From Eledone cirrhosa (lineage: Eukaryota): 64,000 bases of DNA. Within the stretch, counting starts at the first letter, position 1. Each line of letters opens with the position of its first letter. Position numbers and translations under genes: made by a program. This document shows, in pieces, positions 45,001-56,868 of this stretch. The stretch is taken from positions 34,410,001 through 34,474,000 of the forward strand of contig OZ024748.1 of assembly GCA_964016885.1 (NCBI GenBank), given 5' to 3'. The notes beneath the pieces were generated by a model that had not been told where the DNA came from, ran no database searches, and worked only from the letters and a program-made list of their open reading frames with translations.

Positions 45001-48000
45001 TCTCAATGTAACGAGACCAACACCAGTCACAATGTAACTAGACCAACACCAGTCACAATGTAACAAGACCAACGCCAGTCACATTGTAACTAGACCAACG
45101 CCAGTCACAATGTAACTAGACCGACCACAGTCACTATCTAATTAGACTAACGCCAATACCAATGTTACTAGACCAACACCAGTAACAAGGTAATTAGAAC
45201 AATAACAATCACCATGTAACTAGAAGAACGCCAATCACAATGTAACAAGACCAACACCAGTTACAATGTAACTAGACCTAGACCAATTACAATGTATCTA
45301 GACCAAGGCCAGTCAAATGTAGCTAGAACAACGCCTGTCACCATGTAACTAGAACAACACCAGTCACGATGTAACTAGACCAACGCCAGTAACATTGTAA
45401 CTAGACCAACACCAGTCACAATGTAACTAGACTAACATCTGTCACTATGTAATTACACCAATACCAGTCACAATGTAAGTAGACCAACACCAGTCACAAT
45501 GTAACTAGACCAAAACCAGTCACAATGTAACTAGACCAACAGCAGTCACAATGTCATTAGACCATCACCAGTCATAACGTAACAAGACCAACACCAGTCA
45601 CAATGTAATTAGACCAACACCAGTCACAATGTAGGTAGTCCAACACCAGTCACCATGTAACTAGACCAACACCAGTCACAATATAACGAGACCAACACCA
45701 GTCACAATGTAACTAGACTAACACCAGTCACAATGTAACAAGACCAACGCCAGTGACGATGTAACTAGACCAATGCCAGTCACAATGTAACTAGACCAAC
45801 ACCAGTCACAGTGTAACTAGACTAACATCTGTCACTATGTAATTAGACCAATACCAGTCACAATGTAAGTAGACCAACACCAGTCACAATTTAACTAGAC
45901 CAAAACCAGTCACAATGTAACTAGACCAACAGCAGTCACAATGTCATTAGACCATCACCAGTCATAATGTAACTAGACCAACGCCAGTCACAATGTAACA
46001 AGACCAACATCAGTCACCATTTAAGTAGAACAACACCAGTCACCATGTAACTAGACCAACACCAGTCACAATATAACGAGACCAACACCAGTCACAATGT
46101 AACTAGACCAACACCAGTCACAATGTAACAAGACCAACGCCAGTCACAATGTAACTAGACCGACCACAGTCACAATCTAATTAGACTAACGCCAATCCCA
46201 ATGTTACTAGACCAACACCAGTAACAAGGTAATTAGAACAATAACAGTCACCATGTAACTAGAAGAACGCCAATCACATTGTAACAAGACCAACACCAGT
46301 TAATATGTAACTAGACCTAGACCAATTACAATGTATCTAGTCCAAGGCCAGTCACAATGTAGCAAGAACAACGCCTGTCACCATGTAACTAGACCAACAC
46401 CAGTCACGATGTAACTAGACCAACGCCAGTAACATTGTAACTAGACCAACACCAGTCACAATGTAACTAGACTAACATCTGTCACTATGTAATTAGACCA
46501 ATACCAGTTACAATGTAAGTAGACCAACACCAGTCACAATGTAACTAGACCAAAACCAGTCACAATGTAACTTGACCAACAGCAGTCACAATGTCATTAG
46601 ACCATCACCAGTCATAATGTAACAAGACCAACACCAGTCACAATGTAATTAGACCAACACCAGTCACAATGTAAATAGTCCAACACCAGTCACCATGTAA
46701 CTAGACCAACACCAATCCCAAGGTAACTAGACCAACCCAACGACAATCACAATGTAACTGGACCAGCCGAACATCAGTCACGATGTATCTAGACCTACGC
46801 CAGTCACAATGTGACTAGACCATCCCAATACCAGTAACAATGTAACTAGACCTGCGCCAGTCTCAATGTGACTAGACCAACACCAATCACAATGTAACCA
46901 GAGCAACACCAGTCTCAATGTAACTAGACCAACACCTGTCACAATGTGACTAAACCAACACCAGTCACCATGTATCTAGACCAACCCAACACCAGTAACA
47001 ATGTAACTAGACTTGCGCCAGTCTAAATGTGACAAGACCAACACCATTCATAATTTAACAAGACCAACACCAATCACAATGCTACTAGACCAACACCAGT
47101 CAATATGTGACTAGACCAACGCCAGTCAAAATGTTAGTAGACCAAAACCAGCCTCAGTGTAACTAAACCAACACCAATCACAATATAACTAGACCAACAC
47201 CAATCACAATGTAACTAGACCAATGCAAATCACAATTTAACAAGACCAACGCCAGTCACCATGTAACTAGACCAACGCCAGTCACAATGTAACTAGACCA
47301 ACACCAATAACCATGTAACTAGGGGAACGCCAATCACAATGTAACTAAACCAACACCAGTCACAATGTAACTAGGCCAACACCAATCACAATGTAACTAT
47401 ACCAACCCAACGCCAGTAACAATGTAAATAGACCTACGCCAGGCACAATGTGACTAGATCATTCCAACACCAGTAACAATGTAACTAGACTTGCGCCAGT
47501 CTCAATATGACTAGACCAACATCAATCACAATGTAACTAGACCAACACAAATCACACTGTTACTAAATCAACACCAGTCACAATGTAACTAGACCAACAC
47601 CAGTCAAAACGTTACTAGACCAACACTAGTCACCATGTAACTATACCAACGCCCTTCCCAATGTGGCTAGACCAACGCCAGTCACGATGTAACTAGACCA
47701 ACACCAGTCAGCATTTAAGTAGAAGAACACCAGTCACAATGTAACTAGACCAACGCCAGTCACAATATAACGAGACCAACACCAGTTACAATGTAACCAG
47801 ACCGATGCGAGTCACATTGTAACTAGACAAACGCCAATGAGCATGTGACTAGACCAACGCCAATCACAATGTAACTAGACCAACACCAATCACCATGTGA
47901 CTAGACCAACACCAGTCACAATGTAAGTAGACCAACGCCAGTCAAAATGTTACTAGACCAATACCAAACACCATGTGATTAGACCAACACCAGTCACAAT

Positions 48001-51000
48001 GTAAGTAGACCAACGCCAGTCAAAATGTTACTAGAACAACACCAGTCACGATGTAGCTAGACCAACGACCTTCACAATGTAGCTAGACCAACGTCAGTCA
48101 CAATGTAACTAGACCAACACCAGTCAGCATTTAAGTAGAACAACACCAATCACCATGTAACTAGACCAACGCCAGTCACAATATAACGAGACCAACACCA
48201 GTCACAATGTAACCAGACCGACGCCAGTCTCAATGCGACTAGACCAACACCAATCAAAATGTAACTAGACCAACACCTATTACAAGGATACTAGACCAAC
48301 ACCAGTGACTATGTGACTAGAGCGACACAAATTACATTGTAACTAGACCAGCGCCTGTCCCAATGTAACAAGACCGATGCAAGTCAAATTTTACTAGACC
48401 AACGCCAATCACAATGTAACTAGACCAGCAATAGTAACAAAGTAATTAGACCAACACAAGTCACAATGTAACTAGACCAACACTAGTCACAATGTAATAG
48501 ACCAACTCCAATCACAATGTACCTGCACTAACGCCAATCACAATGTAACTAGACCAACATCAGTCACAATGTAACTACACCAACGCCAGTAACAATGTAA
48601 CTAGACCAACGTCAATCAGAATGTAACTAGACCAACGCCAGTCACAATGTAACTAAACCAACACCAGTCACCATGTAACTAGAGGGACGGCATTCACAAT
48701 GTAACTAGGCCAACACCAGTCATAATGTAACTAGACCAACACCAGTCCCAATGTAATTAGACCAACACCAGTCATAATGTAACTAGACCAACACCAGTCA
48801 CAATGTAATTAGACCAACACCAGTCACAATATAACTAGACCAACATCAGTCACGATGTAACTAAACAAACGCCAATCGCAATGTCAGTAGACAAACACTA
48901 GTCACAATGTTATTAGAACAAGGCCAGTCACAATGTTACTAGACCAACACCAGTCACAATGTATCTAGACTAATGCCAATCACAATGTCACTAGAGAAAC
49001 ACCAGTCACAATGTAACTAGACCAACACCAGTCAAAATGTAACTAGACCAACACAAGTCACCATGTAACTAGACCAACACCAGTCACAATGTAACAAGAC
49101 CAACGCCAGTCACAATGTAACTAGACCAACGCCAGTCACAATGTAACAAGACCAACATCAGTCACCATTTAAGTAGAACAACACCAGTCACCATGTAACT
49201 AGACCAACACCAGTCTCAATGTAACGAGACCAACACCAGTCACAATGTAACTAGACCAACACCAGTCACAATGTAACAAGACCAACGCCAGTCCCATTGT
49301 AACTAGACCAACGCCAGTCACAATGTAACTAGACCGACCACAGTCACTATCTAATTAGACTAACGCCAATCCCAATGTTACTAGACCAACACCAGTAACA
49401 AGGTAATTAGAACAATAACAATCACCATGTAACTAGAAGAACGCCAATCACAATGTAACAAGACCAACACCAGTTACAATGTAACTAGACCTAGACCAAT
49501 TACAATGTATCTAGACAAAGGCCAGTCAGATGTAGCTAGAACAACGCCTGTCACCATGTAACTAGACCAACACCAGTCACGATGTAACTAGACCAACGCC
49601 AGTAACATTGTAACTAGACCAACACCAGTCACAATGTAACTAGACTAACATCTGTCACTATGTAATTAGACCAATACCAGTCACAATGTAAGTAGACCAA
49701 CACCAGTCACAATTTAACTAGACCAAAACCAGTCACAATGTAACTAGACCAACAGCAGTCACAATGTCATTAGACCATCACCAGTCATAATGTAACTAGA
49801 CCAACGCCAGTCACAATGTAACAAGACCAACATCAGTCACCATTTAAGTAGAACAACACCAGTCACCATGTAACTAGACCAACACCAGTCACAATATAAC
49901 GAGACCAACACCAGTCACAATGTAACTAGACCAACACCAGTCACAATGTAACAAGACCAACGCCAGTCACAATGTAACTAGACCAACGCCAGTCACAATG
50001 TAACTAGACCGACCACAGTCACAATCTAATTAGACTAACGCCAATCCCAATGTTACTAGACCAACACCAGTAACAAGGTAATTAGAACAATAACAGTCAC
50101 CATGTAACTAGAAGAACGCCAATCACATTGTAACAAGACCAACACCAGTTACAATGTAACTAGACCTAGACCAATTACAATGTATCTAGACCAAGGCCAG
50201 TCACATTGTAGCTAGAACAACGCCTGTCACCATGTAACTAGACCAACACCAGTCACGATGTAACTAGACCAACGCCAGTAACATTGTAACTAGACCAACA
50301 CCAGTCACAATGTAACTAGACTAACATCTGTCACTATGTAATTAGACAAATACCAGTTACAATGTAAGTAGACCAACACCAGTCACAATGTAACTAGACC
50401 AAAACCAGTCACAATGTAACTTGACCAACAGCAGTCACAATGTCATTAGACCATCACCAGTCATAATGTAACAAGACCAACACCAGTCACAATGTAATTA
50501 GACCAACACCAGTCACAATGTAAATAGTCCAACACCAGTCACCATGTAACTAGACCAACACCAATCCCAAGGTAACTAGACCAACCCAACGACAATCACA
50601 ATGTAACTGGACCAGCCGAACATCAGTCACGATGTAACTAGACCTACGCCAGTCACAATGTGACTAGACCATCTCAACACCAGTAACAATGTAACTAGAC
50701 CTGCGCCAGTCTCAATGTGACTAGACCAACACCAATCACAATGTAACTAGAGCAACACCAGTCTCAATGTAACTAGACCAACACCTGTCACAATGTGACT
50801 AAACCAACACCAGTCACCATGTATCTAGACCAACCCAACACCAGTAACAATGTAACTAGACTTGCGCCAGTCTAAATGTGACAAGACCAACACCATTCAT
50901 AATTTAACAAGACCAACACCAATCACAATGCTACTAGACCAACACCAGTCAATATGTGACTAGACCAACGCCAGTCAAAATGTTAGTAGACCAAAACCAG

Positions 51001-54000
51001 CCTCAGTGTAACTAAACCAACACCAATCACAATATAACTAGACCAACACCAATCACAATGTAACTAGACCAACGCAAATCACAATTTAACAAGACCAACG
51101 CCAGTCACCATGTAACTAGACCAACGCCAGTCACAATGTAACTAGACCAACACCAATAACCATGTAACTAGAGGAACGCCAATCACAATGTAACTAAACC
51201 AACACCAGTCACAATGTAACTAGGCCAACACCAATCACAATGTAACTATACCAACCCAACGCCAGTAACAATGTAAATAGACCTACGCCAGGCACAATGT
51301 GACTGGATCATTCCAACACCAGTAACAATGTAACTAGACTTGCGCCAGTCTCAATATGACTAGACCAACATCAATCACGATGTAACTAGACCAACACAGA
51401 TCACACTGTTACTAAATCAACACCAGTCACAATGTAACTAGAGCAACGCCAGTCAAAACGTTACTAGACCAACACTAGTCACCATGTAACTATACCAACG
51501 CCCTTCCCAATGTGGCTAGACCAACGCCAGTCACGATGTAACTAGACCAACACCGGTCAGCATTTAAGTAGAAGAACACCAGTCACCATGTAACTAGACC
51601 AACGCCAGTCACAATATAACGAGACCAACACCAGTTACAATGTAACCAGACCGATGCGAGTCACATTGTAACTAGACAAACGCCAATGAGCATGTGACTA
51701 GACCAACGCCAATCACAATGTAACTAGACCAACACCAATCACCATGTGACTAGACCAACACCAGTCACAATGTAACTAGACCAACGACAATCCCAATGTA
51801 ACTAAACCAACGCCAATCACAATGTAACTAGACCAATACCAAACAGCATGTGACTAGACCAACACCAGTCACAATGTAAGTAGACCAACGCCAGTCAAAA
51901 TGTTACTAGAACAACACCAGTCACCATGTAGCTAGACCAACGCCCTTCACAATGTAGCTAGACCAACGCCAGTCACAATGTAACTAGGCCAACACCAGTC
52001 AGCATTTAAGTAGAACAACACCAATCACCATGTAACTAGACCAACGCCAGTCACAATATAACGAGACCAACACCAGTCACAATGTAACTAGACCGACGCC
52101 AGTCACGATGTAACTAGACAAACGCCAATGAGCATGTGACTAGACCAACGCCAATCACAATGTAACTAGACCAACGCCAGTCACAGTGTAACAAGACCAA
52201 CACCAGTCATAATGTAACTAGACCAACGTCAGTCACAATATAACTACACCATCACCAGTCACAATGTAACCAAACCGTAGACAGTTAGCATGTAACTATG
52301 TAACTAGACCAACGCCAGTCACCATGTAACTAGACCAACGCCAGTAACAATGTAACTAGACCAAGGCTAATCACAATATAACTAGGGAAAGACCAGTTAC
52401 AATGTAACTAGAACAACGCCAGTAACAATGTAACTGGACCAACGACAATCACAATGTAACTATACCAACACCAGTTACAAGTAACTAGGCCAACGCCAAT
52501 CACAATGTAACTAGATCAACACCAGTCAAAATATAACTAGACCAACACCAATCACAATGTAACTAGACCAACACCAGTCCCATGTAACTAGACCAACACC
52601 AATCACAATCTAACTAGACCAACACCAATCACATAGTAACTAGACCAACCTAACACCAGTCACAATATAATTAGACATACGCCAGTCACAATGTAACTAG
52701 ACCATCCCAACACCACTAACAATGTACAATAGACCTTCGCCAATCACAGTGTAACTAGACCAACGCCAATCACAATGTAACTAGACCAACACCAATCACC
52801 ATGTGACTAGACCAACACCAGTCACAATGTAACTAGACCAAGACAATCCCAATGTAACTAGACCAACGCCAATCACAATGTAACTAGACCAATACCAAAC
52901 ACCATGTGCTTAGACCAACACCAGTTACAATGTAAGTAGACCAACGCCAGTCAAAATGTTACTAGAACAACACCAGTCACCATGTAGCTAGACCAACGCC
53001 AGTCACAATGTAACTAGACCAACACCAGTCAGCATTTAAGTAGAACAACACCAATCACCATGTAACTAGACCAACGCCAGTCACAATAAAACGAGACCAA
53101 CACCAGTCACAATGTAACCAGACCGACGCCAGTCACGATGTAACTAGACAAACGCCAATGAGCATGTGACTAGACCAACGCCAATCACAATGTAACTAGA
53201 CCAACGCCAGTCAAAGTATAAGTAGACCAACGCCAGTCACAGTGTAACAAGACAAACACCAGTCATAATGTAACTAGACCAACGTCAGTCACAATATAAC
53301 TACACCATCACCAGTCACAATGTAACCAAACCGTAGACAGTTAGCATGTAACTATGTAACTAGACCAACGCCAGTCACAATGTAACTAGACTAACACCAG
53401 TCACAATGTAACTAGACTAAGACGAGTCACAATGTAACTAGACCAACACCAGTCACAATGTAACAAGACCAACGCCAGTCACAATGTAACTAGACCAACG
53501 CCAGTCACCATGCAACTAGACCAACGACAGTCACAATATAACTAGACCAATGCCAGTCACCATGTAACTAGACCAACGACAGTCACAATATAACTAGACC
53601 AACGCCAGTCACCATGTAACTAGACCAACGACAAACACAATATAACTAGACCAACGCCAGTCACCATGTAACTAGACCAACGCCAGTAACAATGTAACTC
53701 GACCAAGGCTAATCACAATATAACTAGGGAAACACCAGTCACAATGTAACTAGACTAACACCAGTCACAATGTAACTAGACCAACACCAGTCACAATGTA
53801 ACAAGACCAACGCCAGTCACAATGTAACTAGACCAACGCCAGTCACCATGCAACTAGACCAACGACAGTCACAATATAACTAGACCAATGCCAGTCACCA
53901 TGTAACTAGACCAACGACAGTCACAATATAACTAGACCAACGCCAGTCACCATGTAACTAGACCAACGACAGTCACAATATAACTAGACCAACGCCAGTC

Positions 54001-54746
54001 ACCATGTAACTAGACCAACGCCAGTAACAATGTAACTCGACCAAGGCTAAGGCTAATCACAATATAACTAGGGAAACACCAGTCACAATGTAACTAGAAC
54101 AACGCCAGTAACAATGTAACTAGACCAACGCCAATCACAATGTAACTGGACCAACACCAGTTACAATGTAACTAGACCAAGGCCAATCACAATGTAACTA
54201 GACCAACGCCAATCTCAATGTAACTAGACCAACACCAGTCAAAATGTAACTTGACCAACACCAATCACAATGTGACTAGACCAACACCACTCACAATGTA
54301 ACTAGACCAACACCAGTCCCATGTAACTAGACCAACACCAATCACAATCTAACTAGACCAACACCAATCACAATGTAACTAGACCAACCCAACACCAGTC
54401 ACAATGTATCTAGACCTACGCCAGTCACAATGTAACTAGACCATCCCAACACCACTAACAATGTACCTAAACCTACGCCAATCACAGTGTAACTAGACCA
54501 ACGCCAATCACAATGTAATTAGACCAATACCAAACACCATATGACTAGACCAACACCAGTCACAATGTAACTAGACCAACACCAGTCACAATAAAACTAG
54601 ACCAACACCAATTACCATGTAACTAGACTAACACAAGTCACAATATAACTAGACCAACACCAGTCACAATGTAACTATACCAACGCCAATCACGATGTAA
54701 CTAGTCCAACACCAGTCACAATGTAACTACACCAACACCAGTCACA
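1..54746. repeat. Satellite DNA array, 26-bp monomer (GACCAACACCAGTCACAATGTAACTA), roughly 2,000+ diverged copies, open at the left window edge
   Basis: A 26-bp period is visible throughout (e.g. CTAG at 2541, TTAG at 2567). All monomers are head-to-tail in one orientation, with occasional 31-bp (CCAAC duplication) and 25-bp variants. The ORF track has no entries here. The array ends abruptly at ...CCAGTCACA|GAGCGG (54746). Confidence 0.98.
27898..40056. repeat. Near-identical ~6.07-kb tandem duplication within the satellite (27898-33967 / 33968-40056)
   Basis: Rare variants recur at offset 6070: TAACCTAACCGTCGACAGTT at 28021 and 34091, CATTCACAATGTAACTCGGC at 32041 and 38111. The offset becomes 6096 after one extra monomer near 38890. 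Confidence 0.93.
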
Positions 54747-54871
54747 GAGCGGATACTTTAATGTAACAATATACCTATCATACAAAGAACATGGCACTAA
54801 TTTAATAAAGAAAGGACATTTTAGATAACGAGGTCCCAGCATATTCTGAGGACTGCAATATCTTTGACCTT

Positions 54872-54967
54872 AGGTCTGTTGAATTAGGGATGGCTTGTGT
54901 GTGAATAAATCTATCATTATAATCACCAGCGTTACCAATAGCTGTGCTACCACTACTACAATTACTG

Positions 54968-55001
<34 letters not shown>

Positions 55002-55063
55002 AACTACTACTACTACTACTGCTACTTCTACTACTACTAGTGCTACTACTACTACTACTACTG

Positions 55064-55101
<38 letters not shown>

Positions 55102-55102
55102 G

Positions 55103-55134
<32 letters not shown>

Positions 55135-55243
55135 GCTGCTGCTACTACTACTACTACTACTGCTACTACTACTACTACTACTACTACTACTAGTGCTACT
55201 ACTACTACTAGTGCTACTACTACTACTACTACTACTACTACTG

Positions 55244-55281
<38 letters not shown>

Positions 55282-55550
55282 GCTACTACTACTACTACTA
55301 CTACTACTGCTGCTGCTACTACTACTACTACTACTGCTACTACTACTACTACTACTACTACTACTAGTGCTACTACTACTACTAGTGCTACTACTACTAC
55401 TGCTACTACTACTACTACTACTACTAAGGTCTGTTGAATTAGGGATGGCCTGTGTGTGAATAAATCTATCTTTATATTCACCAGCGTTACCAATAGCAGT
55501 GCTACCACTACTACCACTACTGTTACTACTACTACTTCTACTACTACTAC

Positions 55551-55586
<36 letters not shown>

Positions 55587-55596
55587 ACTACTACTG

Positions 55597-55640
<44 letters not shown>
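54872..55640 (+). repeat. Two tandem copies of a ~75-bp unique head followed by an (ACT)n tract (54872-55426, 55427-55640)
   Basis: AGGTCTGTTGAATTAGGGATGGCYTGTGTGTGAATAAATCTATC...CACCAGCGTTACCAATAGC occurs at 54872 and at 55427, each followed by GCTACCACTACT... Confidence 0.92.
54946..55426. repeat. Long (ACT)n microsatellite with GCT/AGT interruptions
   Basis: Read directly from the sequence; about 480 bp. Confidence 0.97.
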
Positions 55641-55641
<1 letters not shown>

Positions 55642-55669
55642 ATATCAATATATTATAGCTATCTTCAAC

Positions 55670-55865
55670 ACTAACATCACCACGAACATCAGCCCTGTAT
55701 CCGCAAGTATCACCACCAACAACAAAAACAACTGCAATCAACACGCCACCAACAGCAAGAATAACAGCTATAGCCCCACCACCAACACAAATATACCAAT
55801 ATAATCACTACTATCAGAATCACCACCACTATTAAAGGCAACACAACAACTACAACTACTACTAA
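55670..55865. repeat. Degenerate A/C-rich trinucleotide low-complexity sequence (AAC/ACC/ACT)
   Basis: Runs such as CACCACCAACAACAAAAACAAC and ACAACAACTACAACTACTACT. Confidence 0.7.
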
Positions 55866-56094
55866 TGATACAAATTCTTTTAAAGTGTACGGTTTGTTGA
55901 GTCTAATGTTGAACGTCGAGATAATTGTTGTGTAAAAGTGAAAAATTGCCATAAAAATTGACTGCAATTGTCTTCAAGACGTTACTAGTGTCAGAGAATC
56001 TCTTAAAACATTAATATATCTCAGCTTTAAAAAGACTACATTTATGTGATGCCTTCCATACCAGTTAAATTCATTCATGTGTTGGCTAACTTAG

Positions 56095-56490
56095 CTTTCT
56101 CTGAATCTCTTCCTCTCTTTCTCTCTCGCTCTTTCTCCATCTCTCTCCCTACCTACTCTCCACCCCTTTCTATCTTCCTCCTCTTTCCATTTATCTCTCT
56201 CTCACTTTGAGTTTCTGTCTGTCTCTTTCATTGACGAAATCATTAACACCACCTTCATCGTGCAATTGGCTAACCACACTCGTCTTTCTTTCTCATCTCT
56301 CTGTATTTCTCTCTCTCCTTCCCTCTCACTATTTCTATATTTCTCCCTCACTCTCACTCTTACCACCTCTCAACTGCCAATCATTAATACCGCATTGATA
56401 TTTCAATTGGCTTCCCATACCCACATACCTCTCTTTTTCACACTTCCCTCTCTTTCAGTCTCTCTCTCTATCCTCTCTCTCTCTTTACAT
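56095..56490. repeat. Degenerate (CT)n pyrimidine-rich low-complexity region
   Basis: Three CT-rich tracts interrupted by short unique segments. Confidence 0.85.
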
Positions 56491-56580
56491 TTTCCTATAA
56501 TAGCTGAAATTGAATTAAATTGATTGATCTATCTGAATTAATCATTATCAGTTGCAATGATAATGATAAAAATTAATGAC

Positions 56581-56619
56581 AATAACAACAAAAACAACAA
56601 CAACAATAATAATAATAAT
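56581..56619. repeat. (AAC)n-(AAT)5 microsatellite at the 3' junction of element 1
   Basis: AACAACAACAAC is followed by (AAT)5 at 56605-56619. Confidence 0.9.
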
Positions 56620-56625
56620 GCTTTC

Positions 56626-56631
56626 TTTATT
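56626..56631 (-). terminator. Polyadenylation signal AATAAA of element 1 (equivalents at 62465-62470 and 63181-63186)
   Basis: TTTATT on the + strand sits 6 nt from the element 3' end in all three copies. Confidence 0.65.
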
Positions 56632-56868
56632 AACCACAAGGGTTTACATAAAGTAGACATTAAGGACAGTACAGGACAATACAGGACGGTACAAATGGGC
56701 ATTTCTGCGTGTAAAAAAAGAAAAACAGGATGTAACAAAAAATAACAATGAAAAATTCCCTAATAGGGGGGAGACTTCCGAGGGACATTTGTGGAGAAAG
56801 CCCATTAAAAGGCCACAGTGACCCTGACCACCAGGGCAAGTGCCCTCTCCCAGTTTTCCACCTTTAAT

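Noticed and set aside
1-54746. CRISPR array (short, partly palindromic repeats)
   Set aside because: Monomers are contiguous with no unique spacers, there are no cas genes, and the context is eukaryotic.
1-54746. RSS/Transib-like signals (CACAATG or CACAGTG heptamer; ACCAACACC resembles the nonamer ACAAAAACC)
   Set aside because: The heptamer-to-nonamer spacing is 7 or 33 bp rather than 12 or 23, and there is no inverted pair or transposase.
1-54746. Telomerase-made long telomeric repeat (C/A-rich strand, yeast-like unit length)
   Set aside because: Heavy monomer divergence and kilobase block duplications indicate recombinational satellite evolution. A subtelomeric location cannot be judged from this window.
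1-54746. Repetitive protein-coding exon
   Set aside because: The 26-bp period is not a multiple of 3, so TAA/TAG stops rotate through all frames, and the ORF track is empty here.
54870-55674. Poly-Thr (mucin-like), poly-Val and poly-Leu ORFs
   Set aside because: These are translations of the (ACT)n microsatellite, open in several frames on both strands, with no other gene evidence.
55710-56745. Short ORFs of 62-87 aa
   Set aside because: They derive from low-complexity DNA or the element 3' UTR and have no recognisable domains.
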